Counted from the first letter of the stretch, positions 8,896 through 21,178 are shown. The stretch is DNA of 60,533 nt from Hormoscilla sp. (GCA_051439505.1 JBFRWI010000175.1:1-60533), one strand, 5' to 3'. The notes: generated from the sequence alone by a model not told the origin. Program-made: numbers and translations.

Positions 8896-9772
8896 AAGCA
8901 TGTAAATAACCCGGACGAGTACGAGTGGGGTCATCAAAACGGGGCAAATGCATCCAAGAAACATTCGGATATTGGTGATGGGCCAAATGCCAATTAAAAT
9001 TCAGCAGCAAGGCACTGTATAAAGGATGTGCCTGCAAATTATGAGCCCCATTCAGGACATGACGGGGCGAGTCCGCGTGAGTGATATATTGCTGAGAAGA
9101 CCAATTCAGTCCGTACAGGCCGTACAGCAACAAATAGCATCCCCAATGCAAGTCTAGAACCCAAAACATGCTAACATGAATCAGTACCACTGCTAAACAT
9201 TCCAGGCGGATGCGTCGCAGATACCGGGGCGCAACTCCATTAATCATTGCCGCACTAGCAGGGGCATCTTGTAACAGTTGATTTTGCAACAGATGCGGAT
9301 AAAAAAGTAAGACCAATGTCGCTACAGGTACCGTTAGCCAGAATAAACCCAAATACAGCCCGTAAAAATAGACTCGCTTGGCGAACAAATTATCCTGGGG
9401 ATAGTACAGGTCGAACATTTCCGCATCAGTGCGGTTGCGCCGATGATGTCCCAAGTGACAGGCACGCAGAAAAGTGAAAGAACCTGGAAAAAAGGCAGCT
9501 AATAGGAAGCCAAAGGCATCGTTAACTCGGGCATTTTCATGGAAGACATTATGTTCCGCTTCATGTAGCAGGGAGTACAGGGGCAAAAACAAGAAGGAGA
9601 AAATTACCCCCAAGATGAGAGATGTTTGCCAGTTAGGAACGTGAGAGGCAAGCCATTGCAAAAATATACCCCCTGAGATAATACTAATAGTCAGGGTAAT
9701 GTTCAGTCCCTGGGGGGGAGATAAGTGGTCTGGTTTGTTATGCATTTTATGTAAATACCGGGAAAATACCAT
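8828..9772 (-). CDS. Membrane fatty acid desaturase family protein
   Basis: His boxes HEAEH, HLGHH and NWHLAHHQYP; start may be at 9745. Confidence 0.87.
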   Translation of the reverse strand: MVFSRYLHKMHNKPDHLSPPQGLNITLTISIISGGIFLQWLASHVPNWQTSLILGVIFSFLFLPLYSLLHEAEHNVFHENARVNDAFGFLLAAFFPGSFTFLRACHLGHHRRNRTDAEMFDLYYPQDNLFAKRVYFYGLYLGLFWLTVPVATLVLLFYPHLLQNQLLQDAPASAAMINGVAPRYLRRIRLECLAVVLIHVSMFWVLDLHWGCYLLLYGLYGLNWSSQQYITHADSPRHVLNGAHNLQAHPLYSALLLNFNWHLAHHQYPNVSWMHLPRFDDPTRTRPGYLHAFIRFWRGPQPVADSAIENPQET

Positions 9773-9814
9773 AAATTAAGGGATTTCCTGAAGGCCCGAG
9801 AACCGCCCCCGACA

Positions 9815-11122
9815 TTAGCTATCTCCCTGACCTTCAGTTCTCAAGCGCACAGAATCAGCTTGGGTTTGGGAACCTTCAGCTTGAGCCAAAAGCTCGATCG
9901 CCTCAGCAACTTTATTCAGGGCCCCAGGAGAATAATGAATTATACTAGAATGCTTCATAAAAGTTTCCACTCCCAAGGCCGAGGCGTAACGGGCAGCACC
10001 TAAATTAGGAAGATTATGATTGGGGCCAGCCAGGTAATCACCCAGAGCGATCGGGGAAGAGTAGCCCAGAAAGATAGCACCAGCATGACGAATTTCTGCA
10101 AGTAAACTCCAAGGGTCAGCAACTTGCAACATCAAATATTGAGGAGCAAAAGCATTGGATAAATCAGCCGCCGACGCCAGAGATTCTACCACCACCACCA
10201 AACCATAATGGGCGATCGCCTTTTCCGTCAGCAACTGGCGGGAGTGATTCCGAAGTTGCCAATCAACTTCATCGGCTACCAGAGTAGCCAAAGTATAATC
10301 CGGAGTCAACAAGATTGCCGAAGCCATCGGGTCTCGTTCAGCCTGGGCCAACAGATCTGTAGCCACATGTTTTGGTACTGCATGGCGATCGGCAACGATC
10401 AACAACTCCGACCCACCGGTCAGACAATCTATGCCCACAGTGCCCGCGACCAGTTTTTTCGCCAGAGTCACATATATATTGTCCCCCCCTACAATTACAT
10501 CTACAGGCGGAATAGTTTCCGTGCCATAGGCAAAAGCCCCGATCGCCGCCGCCCCGGGCACCCGATAAACCTCCTGAATACCTGCGAACTGAGCCGCCAC
10601 CAGCACCGCCGGATTAATTTTCTTATCCGGTCCCGGTGGAGTGGACAGGATCGTCTGACGTACCCCAGCCACCTTAGCTGGGATAGCATTCATCAACACC
10701 CGGCAAGGGTTTGCAGCACCACCACCAGGAACATAGATACCCGCCCTTTCCACAGGCTGATATCGCTTACCCAAAACTATATCTTCTTCCTGAAACTGTA
10801 CCCACGAAGATGGCACTCGCTGCCGGTGAAACGCTTCAATTTGGCTCGACGCCAAAGAGATCGCATCCAGCAAATCTTTATTAACCTGCTGATAAGCAGC
10901 ATCCAGTTCCGAACCAGTTACCCGCAATTCATCCGAATCCAGGGTAACTCTGGTCGTCGTGGCGGTATAATCCAGCAGCGCCCGATCGCCCTGTCGCCTC
11001 ACCGAAGCAAGCAATTCCCTCACAGCTGCTTCAAAGTGCATGACATCCGAGTCGCGATAGCGATCGCCAATGCGTCGCAATTCCGCTTGAGCCTCAGCTC
11101 TTTGCGTAATAATTCGCAGCAT
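9815..11122 (-). CDS. hisD: Histidinol dehydrogenase homolog with substituted active-site residues
   Basis: Full-length cyanobacterial HisD-like sequence divergent from rpsT, but with QAER (not QAEH), APQY (not APEH) and AEGSQTQ (not AEGLxxH). Confidence 0.9.
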   Translation of the reverse strand: MLRIITQRAEAQAELRRIGDRYRDSDVMHFEAAVRELLASVRRQGDRALLDYTATTTRVTLDSDELRVTGSELDAAYQQVNKDLLDAISLASSQIEAFHRQRVPSSWVQFQEEDIVLGKRYQPVERAGIYVPGGGAANPCRVLMNAIPAKVAGVRQTILSTPPGPDKKINPAVLVAAQFAGIQEVYRVPGAAAIGAFAYGTETIPPVDVIVGGDNIYVTLAKKLVAGTVGIDCLTGGSELLIVADRHAVPKHVATDLLAQAERDPMASAILLTPDYTLATLVADEVDWQLRNHSRQLLTEKAIAHYGLVVVVESLASAADLSNAFAPQYLMLQVADPWSLLAEIRHAGAIFLGYSSPIALGDYLAGPNHNLPNLGAARYASALGVETFMKHSSIIHYSPGALNKVAEAIELLAQAEGSQTQADSVRLRTEGQGDS

Positions 11123-11458
11123 ATCGCGGTGACAATTGCCAATGACTTGACTTACAAGGCTGCGTCACCAGTGACGCTTGTCCCAAAGGCTTTCCCAAGG
11201 GATCACTACCTATCCTAGCGCAATCAATCAGTCAGTGGTGCAACTTGACACAGATATATGAAGCGAGTACAATCATGTTATACTTAATAACCCCCAGCAA
11301 CCGCGCTGCTACTACCGGCTACTCGCCGGGAACGCGCCCAACCCGATCGTCAAATTTGATTCTTCACCGACACTTGCAGCAGCCGCAAAAAAAATGCTAT
11401 AGTAAAAAGTCCGACATCCTTAAACATGTAAATAGAAGTAAGCAACCAAGGGAACGCC

Positions 11459-11767
11459 GTGCCAAACATCAAGTCAGCCATCAAGCGCGTCCAAATAGCC
11501 GAAAGGAACCGGCTGCGCAATAAAGCTTATAAATCAGCAGTCAAGACGCTGATGAAGAAATTCTTCGCCGCCTTGGACAAGTATGCTGCCGATCGGACGC
11601 CCGAAGCCAAGCAGGAAGTGCAGAGTTCGATGTCGGCAGCATACAGCAAAATAGACAAAGCTGTCAAGCGCGGAGTCTTGCACCGTAATAATGGCGCTCA
11701 CAAAAAATCCCACCTGGCGGCAGCATTCAAAAAAATGGAAATTTCACAGAAGGCAGAGCAAGCATAA
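11459..11767 (+). CDS. rpsT: 30S ribosomal protein S20
   Basis: [25 protein letters not shown]...[20 protein letters not shown] start. Confidence 0.98.
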   Translation: MPNIKSAIKRVQIAERNRLRNKAYKSAVKTLMKKFFAALDKYAADRTPEAKQEVQSSMSAAYSKIDKAVKRGVLHRNNGAHKKSHLAAAFKKMEISQKAEQA

Positions 11768-11983
11768 AAGCACCAGTGCGATCGCCGGCTCCGCGTTCGA
11801 CCGCGAAAAGTCCGATCCTACCGCTGGAGGACATACTCCAGAGTGGTCTCACTTGCACTCCCAAGAAGTTCTGGAGAGCGGGTATTCTTGTGTCAAAGAT
11901 TAGGAAGTAGCGCAGCAGTTCAGTTATCTTAACAGGGGTGATAACGGCCTGTGGGACAGAAACATGAGTGATACGATCGCCGG

Positions 11984-12817
11984 ATGGAGCCCATGCAATT
12001 GATTGATACCCACATTCACATCAACTTCGATCGGTTTGACTCAGATCGGTTGGAAGTAGTCACTCGTTGGCGCGATGCCGGAGTCGTGCAGTTAGTGCAT
12101 TCTTGCGTATCGCCGGGAGAATTTACCAGCATTGCCACATTAGCAGCGATGGTCAAAGAGCTATATTTTGCCGTCGGGTTGCACCCCCTAGAAACCCAGC
12201 AATGGAGTTGTTCTCAGGCAGAAGTTATCAAAAATTTAGCCCAGAGCAACCCGAAAGTAGTAGCAATTGGGGAAACGGGGCTAGATTTTTATAAGGCAGA
12301 TAACCACGAACAGCAACACGCAGCATTTGCAGCACAATTGGCGATCGCCCAGGCGCTAGACTTGCCAGTAATTATCCACTGCCGGGAAGCAGCAGTCCAA
12401 ACAGCAGAGCAACTACAAGCAGCGATCGCGCCTGGGAAAAAACTGCGAGGGGTAATGCATTGCTGGGGCGGAACACCAGAAGAAACCCAATGGTTCTTAG
12501 ACTTGGGATTGTACATCAGCTTCAGCGGCACCGTTACCTTTAAGAACGCCGTCGGGATTAAATCCTCATGTATGATGGTCCCTCCCGATCGCCTGTTAAT
12601 AGAAACAGACTGTCCGTTTCTGGCCCCAGTACCAAAACGAGGGAAACGCAATGAACCAGCATACGTTCGCCATGTAGCTTCCGAAGTAGCAAAACTCCGG
12701 GGAGTGCCAGTGGAAACGGTGGCCGCCCAAACAACGGCAAATGCCCGCCAACTATTTGGTCTGCCAGAAATAGTCCCAGAACGGTGCGGGCAAAGCGAGA
12801 AGGAACCGCGAGGTTGA
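11984..12817 (+). CDS. tatD: TatD family hydrolase
   Basis: [23 protein letters not shown] and ETDCPFLAP; conserved rpsT-tatD-rpoB synteny. Confidence 0.95.
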   Translation: MEPMQLIDTHIHINFDRFDSDRLEVVTRWRDAGVVQLVHSCVSPGEFTSIATLAAMVKELYFAVGLHPLETQQWSCSQAEVIKNLAQSNPKVVAIGETGLDFYKADNHEQQHAAFAAQLAIAQALDLPVIIHCREAAVQTAEQLQAAIAPGKKLRGVMHCWGGTPEETQWFLDLGLYISFSGTVTFKNAVGIKSSCMMVPPDRLLIETDCPFLAPVPKRGKRNEPAYVRHVASEVAKLRGVPVETVAAQTTANARQLFGLPEIVPERCGQSEKEPRG

Positions 12818-12838
12818 AAAATTACGTAAGGCAAGCAG

Positions 12839-15800
12839 ATGGAAGAGAAAATGAATGATCAGCCAAGTAGAAAAGTAAATTTTCAATTGCCAGACCTAGT
12901 AGAGATCCAGCGAGCCAGTTTCCGCTGGTTTCTAGAAGAGGGATTAATAGAAGAACTAGATAGCTTCTCTCCGATATCCGATTACACGGGAAAGCTAGAG
13001 CTGCATTTTTTGGGAAAAAACTTCTCCCTCAAGCGACCGAAATACGACATAGCAGAGGCAAAGCGCCGGGATGCTACCTACAGCGTGCAAATGTATGTCC
13101 CCACCCGTCTGATAAATAAGGAGACCGGGGAAATAAAGGAGCAAGAGGTTTTTATTGGGGAACTGCCGCTGATGACCGATCGGGGCACCTTTATCATTAA
13201 TGGAGCAGAGCGGGTCATCGTCAATCAAATAGTGCGATCGCCCGGAGTATACTACAAATCAGAAACAGATAAAAACGGTCGGCGCACCTACAACGCCTCC
13301 CTGATCCCCAACCGGGGAGCATGGCTGAAATTTGAAACAGATAAAAATAGCTTGGTATGGGTCAGGATAGACAAAACCAGGAAGCTGTCGGCTCAAGTAT
13401 TGCTTAAAGCCATGGGGATGAGCACCAGCGAAATACTCGACTCCTTGCGTCACCCAGATTATTTCAGCAAAACTATCGAAAAAGAGGGAGACTTTTCTGA
13501 TGACGATGCCCTCATGGAACTATATCGCAAGCTCCGACCCGGGGAACCGCCAACGGTCAATGGCGGACAGCAGCTTTTAGAATCTCGGTTCTTCGACTCG
13601 AAACGCTACGATCTCGGGAAGGTGGGACGCTACAAAATTAATAAGAAGCTACGCCTTTCCGTACCAGAGTCTAAGCGGGTGCTCACTCAAGAAGACATCG
13701 TGACGGCGATCGACTATCTGATTAACCTGGAATTTGATATCGGCAGCATTGATGATATAGACCACCTGGGTAACAGACGGGTGCGATCGGTCGGAGAACT
13801 GTTGCAAAATCAAGTGCGGGTGGGATTAAACCGGTTGGAAAGGATTATCCGAGAGCGGATGACCGTATCTGAATCAGATCAATTAACCCCCACATCTCTA
13901 GTAAACCCGAAACCGTTGGTAGCTGCGATTAAGGAATTCTTTGGTTCATCCCAGCTATCTCAGTTTATGGATCAGACTAACCCCTTGGCAGAACTGACCC
14001 ATAAACGGCGGTTGAGCGCCCTAGGACCGGGAGGACTAACCCGGGAACGGGCAGGGTTCGCCGTGCGGGATATTCATCCTTCCCACTATGGAAGAATATG
14101 CCCGATCGAAACCCCAGAAGGTCCTAATGCAGGACTGATCGGTTCCCTGGCCACCCATGCCCGGGTGAATGAATATGGGTTTATCGCGACCCCATATTAC
14201 AAAGTCGAAAATAGCAAGGTCCGGCGCGACATCCCCCCAGTGTTCATGACCGCAGATGAAGAAGATGACCTGCGGGTGGCCCCAGGGGACATCCCAATGG
14301 ACGAAAATGGCATCATTCAAGGAGAGATAGTACCGGTACGCTATCGCCAAGACTTCACTACCACCACCCCAGACCAGGTAGACTATGTCTCGGTATCGCC
14401 GGTGCAAATCATCTCGATCGCCACATCACTAATCCCCTTCCTGGAACATGACGACGCCAACCGGGCCCTCATGGGGTCGAACATGCAGCGGCAAGCAGTG
14501 CCCCTATTGCGTCCGGAACGGCCATTAGTAGGAACCGGAGTAGAAGCCCAGGCCGCCAGAGATTCCGGCATGGTGATCCTATCCAAAGAAGATGGAGTCG
14601 TCAGCTACGTGGACGCCACCAAAATCCGGATCAGAAGCATCCCGAAAATAGCCGAGGATCCGATTCTGCCGGAACGGTACGAGGCCCCAGAAGACGATCG
14701 CCCCAATGAGGTTCTCGACATCCCAGAACAGCCAAGGCGAGAGATATCCTATGAATTGCACAAATATCATCGCTCCAACCAAGACACCTGTTTGAACCAA
14801 AAACCGATCGTTCATGTCGGGGACATCGTACAGCAAGGACAGGTAATAGCAGACAGTTCGTCCACAGAGAAAGGCGAACTGGCCCTAGGGCAAAACATTC
14901 TCGTGGCCTACATGCCCTGGGAAGGATACAACTACGAAGACGCCATCCTGATCTCAGAACGACTCGTGGCTGAAGACCTCTACACCTCCATCCACATCGA
15001 AAAATATGAAATCGAAGCCCGTCAAACCAAACTCGGACCTGAAGAAATTACCCGCGAGATCCCCAATGTCGGGGAAGACGCCCTCCGGCAGCTAGACGAA
15101 ACTGGCATCATCCGGATCGGAGCCTGGGTAGAATCAGGAGAAATACTCGTAGGGAAGGTCACCCCCAAAGGTGAATCAGACCAGCCCCCCGAAGAAAAAC
15201 TGCTCAGGGCCATATTTGGCGAAAAAGCCAGGGACGTGCGGGATAACTCCCTGCGAGTGCCCAACGGCGAAAAAGGAAGAGTGGTAGACGTGCGGGTCTT
15301 CACCAGAGAACAGGGAGACGAACTGCCACCAGGAGCAAACATGGTCGTGCGGGTCTACGTTGCCCAAAAGCGGAAAATCCAAGTAGGGGATAAAATGGCC
15401 GGTCGCCACGGCAACAAAGGCATCATCTCTCGGATACTGCCCATAGAAGACATGCCCTATCTCCCCGATGGCACCCCCCTCGATATCATCCTCAACCCCC
15501 TAGGCGTGCCATCACGGATGAATGTCGGTCAAATATTTGAATGCCTCCTGGGCTGGGCGGGAGAAAACCTGGATACCCGCTATAAGGTAATACCCTTTGA
15601 CGAAATGCATGGGGCCGAAAAGTCTCGGGAAACAGTCCACGGCAAGTTGCAACAGGCTGTCGAGGAAACGGGTAATGACTGGTTGTTCGATCGCTCAAAC
15701 CCCGGCAAGCTGCAAGTATATGACGGACGAACGGGAGAACCATTTGACCAGCCTGTCACCGTAGGGAAAGCCTACATGCTCAAGCTGGTGCATTTAGTAG

Positions 15801-16258
15801 ACGATAAAATCCACGCCCGCTCCACAGGCCCCTATTCTCTCGTCACCCAACAACCCCTAGGCGGCAAGGCTCAGCAAGGCGGTCAGCGGTTCGGAGAAAT
15901 GGAGGTCTGGGCCCTAGAAGCATTTGGTGCCGCCTACACTTTGCAAGAATTGCTCACCGTCAAATCCGATGACATGCAAGGACGCAATCAAGCCCTAAAT
16001 GCGATCGTCAAGGGCAAGGCCATCCCCAGACCGGGAACCCCCGAGTCCTTCAAGGTATTAATGCGGGAACTGCAATCCCTCTGTCTGGATATAGCAGTGC
16101 ATAAAGTACAGCATAATCCAGACGGTTCTAGCACCAAGAGGGAAATAGATCTGATGGCAGATACTATCAACAGTCGGAGCAGCAAATCCTTGCTCGCGGG
16201 CAGCAATCAAAATTCTACTAACTTCGTCATGTCTTCCGAAGATATGTCGGCAGAGTGA
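12839..16258 (+). CDS. rpoB: DNA-directed RNA polymerase subunit beta
   Basis: [43 protein letters not shown]. Confidence 0.99.
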   Translation: MEEKMNDQPSRKVNFQLPDLVEIQRASFRWFLEEGLIEELDSFSPISDYTGKLELHFLGKNFSLKRPKYDIAEAKRRDATYSVQMYVPTRLINKETGEIKEQEVFIGELPLMTDRGTFIINGAERVIVNQIVRSPGVYYKSETDKNGRRTYNASLIPNRGAWLKFETDKNSLVWVRIDKTRKLSAQVLLKAMGMSTSEILDSLRHPDYFSKTIEKEGDFSDDDALMELYRKLRPGEPPTVNGGQQLLESRFFDSKRYDLGKVGRYKINKKLRLSVPESKRVLTQEDIVTAIDYLINLEFDIGSIDDIDHLGNRRVRSVGELLQNQVRVGLNRLERIIRERMTVSESDQLTPTSLVNPKPLVAAIKEFFGSSQLSQFMDQTNPLAELTHKRRLSALGPGGLTRERAGFAVRDIHPSHYGRICPIETPEGPNAGLIGSLATHARVNEYGFIATPYYKVENSKVRRDIPPVFMTADEEDDLRVAPGDIPMDENGIIQGEIVPVRYRQDFTTTTPDQVDYVSVSPVQIISIATSLIPFLEHDDANRALMGSNMQRQAVPLLRPERPLVGTGVEAQAARDSGMVILSKEDGVVSYVDATKIRIRSIPKIAEDPILPERYEAPEDDRPNEVLDIPEQPRREISYELHKYHRSNQDTCLNQKPIVHVGDIVQQGQVIADSSSTEKGELALGQNILVAYMPWEGYNYEDAILISERLVAEDLYTSIHIEKYEIEARQTKLGPEEITREIPNVGEDALRQLDETGIIRIGAWVESGEILVGKVTPKGESDQPPEEKLLRAIFGEKARDVRDNSLRVPNGEKGRVVDVRVFTREQGDELPPGANMVVRVYVAQKRKIQVGDKMAGRHGNKGIISRILPIEDMPYLPDGTPLDIILNPLGVPSRMNVGQIFECLLGWAGENLDTRYKVIPFDEMHGAEKSRETVHGKLQQAVEETGNDWLFDRSNPGKLQVYDGRTGEPFDQPVTVGKAYMLKLVHLVDDKIHARSTGPYSLVTQQPLGGKAQQGGQRFGEMEVWALEAFGAAYTLQELLTVKSDDMQGRNQALNAIVKGKAIPRPGTPESFKVLMRELQSLCLDIAVHKVQHNPDGSSTKREIDLMADTINSRSSKSLLAGSNQNSTNFVMSSEDMSAE

Positions 16259-16510
16259 CTCTCAATATCTGCCCCAATTTAGCGGGCGATCGCCCATGCC
16301 CTTATATTGAATAACTCTGCGTAGCATGAGTTCGCGCTCATGCTCAAACCATTCATTATCGTCCGGTTAAAAATGCCTCAAACCCCCATGATTGCGTTCA
16401 AGAGCTCCTCAACTCCGTGATCGCAAGTGCGCGCAGCGCTACTCCGAACTCACGTTAATACCAGTGACATGATGGGCTGTGCCCACCCTACCAACCAATA
16501 ACTGACAAAA

Positions 16511-19500
16511 ATGATATTTAGAAATCGGGTAATAGACAAAGGTCAACTGAAGAAACTAATTTCCTGGGCCTTCACAGAATATGGCAGCGCCAAAAGTTCC
16601 CTGATGGCAAACAAGCTGAAAGACCTAGGCTTTCGCTATGCAACCAAAGCGGGAGTATCCATCAGCGTAGACGACCTGCAAGTGCCGCCATCAAAGCAGC
16701 AATTGCTATGGGCAGCAGAAGAAATGATTCGGACTACGGAAGCCCGTTATACTCGGGGAGAAATTACCGAGGTCGAGCGGTTTCAAAAGGTAATCGATAC
16801 CTGGAACAGCACCTCAGAGGCTCTCAAGGATGAAGTGGTGCGTTACATGCGAGCCACAAACCCCCTCAATTCCGTGTACATGATGGCATTTTCCGGAGCC
16901 CGGGGAAATATCTCCCAAGTGCGGCAGCTAGTGGGAATGCGGGGGCTCATGGCTGACCCCCAAGGAGAAATCATCGACTTGCCAATTAAAACTAACTTCC
17001 GGGAAGGATTAACAGTCACCGAATATATCATCTCATCCTACGGAGCCCGCAAGGGATTGGTAGATACGGCCTTGAGAACCGCAGACTCGGGATATTTGAC
17101 CAGGCGTTTGGTAGACGTTTCTCAGGACGTGATCGTCCGAGATGAAGACTGCTTAACTACCAGGGGCATTCCCTTGGGCAGCATGAAAGAAGGAGATCGG
17201 GTATTAATTCCTCTCAAAAACCGCCTCCTGGGTCGCGTCTTAGCTGCACCAGTATTTCATCCAGAAACTGGTGAACTGATCGCCGAACGCAATGCCGACA
17301 TTTCCGATGAATTAGCTGCTATTATTAGCGACGCCGGAGTCGAAGAGGTGTACGTGCGATCGCCCCTCACATGCGAATCGAGAAGATCGGTATGTAAAAA
17401 ATGCTATGGCTGGAGTTTAGCCCACTGCCACATGGTAGACTTGGGAGAAGCGGTAGGGATAATCGCAGCCCAGTCGATCGGGGAACCGGGAACCCAATTA
17501 ACAATGCGAACATTCCACACCGGAGGAGTATTTTCCGGAGCAGCTAGAGAAATATTAGCACCTTGCAACGGCACGATTAAATATAGAAACCTGAGCGTTC
17601 GGTCAGAATCTCTGGGCAAAACATCTCCACAGTTGCGAGTAGAATCGGCTAATGCTAAGCTGACTTTAATAGTCGAAGATTCTCCGACTCAAACGGCATC
17701 GGCAAGCCAGACAGCATTAACAACCACTACCAATTCCTTTCACGAAATCCCAATTCCCCAGGGAGCTATCATGCTCGTAAAAGATGGCGATCGCATCACC
17801 GCAGGCGCTCGCTTGGCAGAGGTGCCACCCTCGGGACGCAACGTGCAAAGAAGCACGGAGAAAGCGACAAAAGATGTGGCTAGCGATATATCTGGAGAGG
17901 CTATATACGCTGACATCATTCCCGAAGAAAAGCGCGATCGGCAAGGAAACACTACTCGCATCGCCAGGGTGGGTGGCTTGATCTGGATCCTCTCGGGAGA
18001 AGTATACAACCTGCCCCCGGGAGCGGAACCGGTGGTAGAGAATGGCGATCGCCTCTCCCAAGGAACGGTCATTGCTCAAACCAACACCCGCACGGAACAT
18101 GGGGGCATTGTCAGGCTTCCCCCAGACATGAGTATCGACGGTGCTGGCGGAAGGGAAATAGAAATAATCACGGCCAGCGTGCTGCTCGATCGAGCCCAGG
18201 TATCCATCAGCAAAGACCAAGGCAAGGAGCAATACATCATTACCAGCGATCGCGGCCAGCGGTTTTCCTTAGTGGCCACTCCTGGCACCCAAGTTACCAA
18301 CGGCCAAGTGGTGGCAGAATTACTTGACATTGGCTATCGCACCACCACCGGCGGGACTATCAAATATGCAGGAGTTGAAGCCAAGCGGGGCAAGGCCAAG
18401 CAAGGCTATGAGGTTACCAAGGGCGGTACTTTGCTGTGGATCCCCGAAGAAACCCATGAGGTGAATAAGGATAGCTCCCTGCGCCTAGTCGAAGATGGTC
18501 AATATGTAGAGGCAGGCACGGAAATAGTTAAGGACATCTTCTGCACCTGTAGCGGTTGCGTCCAGGTAATTGAAAAAAATGACATCCTCCGGGAGATCGT
18601 TATCAAGCCGGGACAATTGTATTCGATCGACAATCCCACGGGATTACCTTCCGATGGTTCCTTGCTCGATCCCGAGACGATCGCCTCCTTAGGATTGAAT
18701 CTCTGGCAGCCAGAAAGGACGACGATCCTCCCCAACGAGTTCGACGTTCGGAATTCCGAAGTTAGGACTTCAACGGAGAACTCCGAACTCTCAACAGAGA
18801 ACCCCGAACTCGTAGTCGCCCCCTGGTCCAGCCCGGAACCAGATTTCGCCCAAACTAACCTGCGTTATGTCGAATACATCGATAGCACTTCCGGGCCAGC
18901 CATGTTGCTTCGACCAGCAATCGAATATACAGTGCCCGACGTTCCTCTAGTGCCATCACAGGAATCTTCAGAAGATAATGGCGGGGCGATCGGGCTGCGG
19001 GCGGTCCAGCGGTTGCCATACAAAGACGGAGAAAGGGTCAAATCCGTTGTCGGACTGGAACTATTGCGGACCCAGTTGGTGCTGGATATAGACAAAGAAA
19101 TACTTCATAGCCACACCGGAGCTACGGGGGTAAGTCATCTAGAAGCAGATATCGAGCTAGTTCCCGATCTCGATAATCCAGAAATCATGCGATTGCAGCT
19201 CGTCATCCTCGAATCTCTAGTCATCCGCCGAGACGTGGCCGCCGACCCGACGCAGGGAAGTTCTCATACCCGGATACTGGTAAGTGATGGCGAACAGATT
19301 GCCCGCAGCGGTGTCGTTGCCACTACAGAAATTCAGTGTAAAGAATCGGGCCTGGTGCAAAGCATACGAGAGGGAGCTTCAGCAGGGAAGCGTCTCCTCG
19401 TCTTGCGGGAAGTCGATCGGCAAGTTATATCCGACTTGCCCGAACTGTCTGTAGATATCAAAGAGGGAGACTTTCTCCTAGATGGCACCGAAATAGCTCC

Positions 19501-20692
19501 GGGAGTAATCTTGTCAGAATCGGGTCAGGTACTCTCCATGGCGGCGAATGAAGCTGGCACTACCATCACTTTGCGCATTGCTCGTCCTTACCGGGTTTCC
19601 CCAGGAGCTATCCTGCATATCGAATCGGGCGATCTGGTTCAGCGGGGCGATAACCTGGTGCTGCTAGTCTTCGAGCGATCGAAAACTGGTGATATTATCC
19701 AGGGGCTTCCGCGAATCGAAGAACTGCTAGAGGCCCGCAAGCCGAAGGAAGCCTGCGTTCTGGCCTCCCGACCGGGTACGGCTCAGGTGATCTATAAGGA
19801 AGATGAATCGGTCGAGGTAAAGGTGATCGAAACTGATGGGACGATCGCGGAATATCCCCTAGCACCAGGTCAAAGTCCGGCGGTGCTGGATGGCCAGCAG
19901 GTGAAGGCAGCAGAGCCGCTTTCGGATGGGCCGCCCAACCCCCACCAAATTTTGGAAGTCTATTTCGAGCTGTACCGGGAAATGACTGGCACCTCTTCTT
20001 CGGGTAGTTCGACTCCGCTCACTGACCAGAGCAGTGCCTCCGACTTCTCTGCCCCAAGCTTTGACCAAGGGCCCAGCAACATCTATGAGGGGGCTCTGGC
20101 AGCGCTACAGGAGGTGCAGACTTTTCTCGTTAATGCGGTGCAGTCGGTTTACCAGTCCCAGGGGATTGACATTTCCGATAAGCACATTGAGGTGATCGTG
20201 CGACAAATGACTTCCAAGGCTCGCATTGACGATGGCGGGGACACTACTATGCTGCCGGGGGAACTGATGGAAATTTACGAGGTGCAGCAGATCAATAATG
20301 CTCTGTCTATCACTGGGGGTGCGCCAGCGACCTACACTCCTATGCTGCTGGGCATTACTAAGGCTTCTCTGAATACGGATAGCTTTATCTCGGCTGCTAG
20401 CTTCCAGGAGACTACCCGGGTTCTGACTGAGGCGGCGATCGAGGGTAAGTCTGACTGGTTGCGCGGCCTCAAGGAAAATGTGATTATTGGACGTTTGATT
20501 CCCGCCGGTACTGGCTTCAATGCTTATGAAGAGGCTGCTTCTGATTCGGGCGATCGGGATGACTATGACAGTACGGCAGATTATGCTGACGATCTGCTAG
20601 CTTTGGAGCAATCTCATCAAGTCGTCTTAGATGACCAGACCGCCCGTTCTTACGGTCTTTCCGATGACTTTGATGATACTCAGGATCTGTGA
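16511..20692 (+). CDS. rpoC2: DNA-directed RNA polymerase subunit beta' (cyanobacterial RpoC2)
   Basis: [46 protein letters not shown], large SI3 insertion, [12 protein letters not shown]. Confidence 0.99.
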   Translation: MIFRNRVIDKGQLKKLISWAFTEYGSAKSSLMANKLKDLGFRYATKAGVSISVDDLQVPPSKQQLLWAAEEMIRTTEARYTRGEITEVERFQKVIDTWNSTSEALKDEVVRYMRATNPLNSVYMMAFSGARGNISQVRQLVGMRGLMADPQGEIIDLPIKTNFREGLTVTEYIISSYGARKGLVDTALRTADSGYLTRRLVDVSQDVIVRDEDCLTTRGIPLGSMKEGDRVLIPLKNRLLGRVLAAPVFHPETGELIAERNADISDELAAIISDAGVEEVYVRSPLTCESRRSVCKKCYGWSLAHCHMVDLGEAVGIIAAQSIGEPGTQLTMRTFHTGGVFSGAAREILAPCNGTIKYRNLSVRSESLGKTSPQLRVESANAKLTLIVEDSPTQTASASQTALTTTTNSFHEIPIPQGAIMLVKDGDRITAGARLAEVPPSGRNVQRSTEKATKDVASDISGEAIYADIIPEEKRDRQGNTTRIARVGGLIWILSGEVYNLPPGAEPVVENGDRLSQGTVIAQTNTRTEHGGIVRLPPDMSIDGAGGREIEIITASVLLDRAQVSISKDQGKEQYIITSDRGQRFSLVATPGTQVTNGQVVAELLDIGYRTTTGGTIKYAGVEAKRGKAKQGYEVTKGGTLLWIPEETHEVNKDSSLRLVEDGQYVEAGTEIVKDIFCTCSGCVQVIEKNDILREIVIKPGQLYSIDNPTGLPSDGSLLDPETIASLGLNLWQPERTTILPNEFDVRNSEVRTSTENSELSTENPELVVAPWSSPEPDFAQTNLRYVEYIDSTSGPAMLLRPAIEYTVPDVPLVPSQESSEDNGGAIGLRAVQRLPYKDGERVKSVVGLELLRTQLVLDIDKEILHSHTGATGVSHLEADIELVPDLDNPEIMRLQLVILESLVIRRDVAADPTQGSSHTRILVSDGEQIARSGVVATTEIQCKESGLVQSIREGASAGKRLLVLREVDRQVISDLPELSVDIKEGDFLLDGTEIAPGVILSESGQVLSMAANEAGTTITLRIARPYRVSPGAILHIESGDLVQRGDNLVLLVFERSKTGDIIQGLPRIEELLEARKPKEACVLASRPGTAQVIYKEDESVEVKVIETDGTIAEYPLAPGQSPAVLDGQQVKAAEPLSDGPPNPHQILEVYFELYREMTGTSSSGSSTPLTDQSSASDFSAPSFDQGPSNIYEGALAALQEVQTFLVNAVQSVYQSQGIDISDKHIEVIVRQMTSKARIDDGGDTTMLPGELMEIYEVQQINNALSITGGAPATYTPMLLGITKASLNTDSFISAASFQETTRVLTEAAIEGKSDWLRGLKENVIIGRLIPAGTGFNAYEEAASDSGDRDDYDSTADYADDLLALEQSHQVVLDDQTARSYGLSDDFDDTQDL

Positions 20693-20703
20693 ACAGAGAT
20701 GCG

Positions 20704-20779
20704 ATGCGTTACCAGGCGGGAGCCAGGTAACGAGAGAAATCTGGGAGAATGCGTTACCAGGCGGGAGCCAGGTAACGAG
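20704..20779. repeat. Two tandem REP-like hairpins CGTTACCAGGCGGGAGCCAGGTAACG
   Basis: Direct copies at about 20708 and 20752; a related copy at about 56610. Confidence 0.75.
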
Positions 20780-20952
20780 GGGTGTGGTCAAAAGTAGTTG
20801 GTACGGGGAGATTATCGCGGGGTGCAGGGCGAAGCATTCTGATAGAACAGCTGTCATCTATGGTCATAATTTGTCGCCAGAATGCTTCGCCCCTACAGGT
20901 TAACCGACATCTGGGATATCCCAGAAACGATCAACGGGTTTTGACCACACCC
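20780..20952. mobile_element. MITE with GGGTGTGGTCAAAA TIR (family B)
   Basis: TIR pair GGGTGTGGTCAAAA / TTTTGACCACACCC; flanking GTAACGAG repeated at 20772-20779 and 20953-20960. Confidence 0.85.
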
Positions 20953-21042
20953 GTAACGAGGGGGTGGCTTCCTCTTTTAAGGGGCGCCACATCAGCATTA
21001 AGCGTTAGCATCGAGCGTCACGTCAGCATCGAGCGTGAGACT

Positions 21043-21070
21043 TGTTCTGGTAATGCGGATTACCAGAACA
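21043..21070. other. Putative tyrosine-recombinase (dif-like) core site, copy 1
   Basis: TGTTCTGGTAA-TGCGGA-TTACCAGAACA: perfect 11-bp inverted arms around a 6-bp asymmetric spacer. Confidence 0.6.
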
Positions 21071-21178
21071 TAATCGCCAGAACTATTGTGCAGCAAGGGA
21101 TTTAGCCTATGTCTGATATCTTGTTTAGGCACAGCATCGATGCTGCTGATGCTGAACCCTGGAAAGGCTGAACAGGAC

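Noticed and set aside
10208..11218. 336-aa plus-strand ORF
   Set aside because: Antisense shadow of hisD with no recognisable motifs.
17540..19680. Intein or intron in rpoC2
   Set aside because: The large insertion is the normal cyanobacterial SI3 domain; no intein terminal motifs (C/S...HN) and no frame break.
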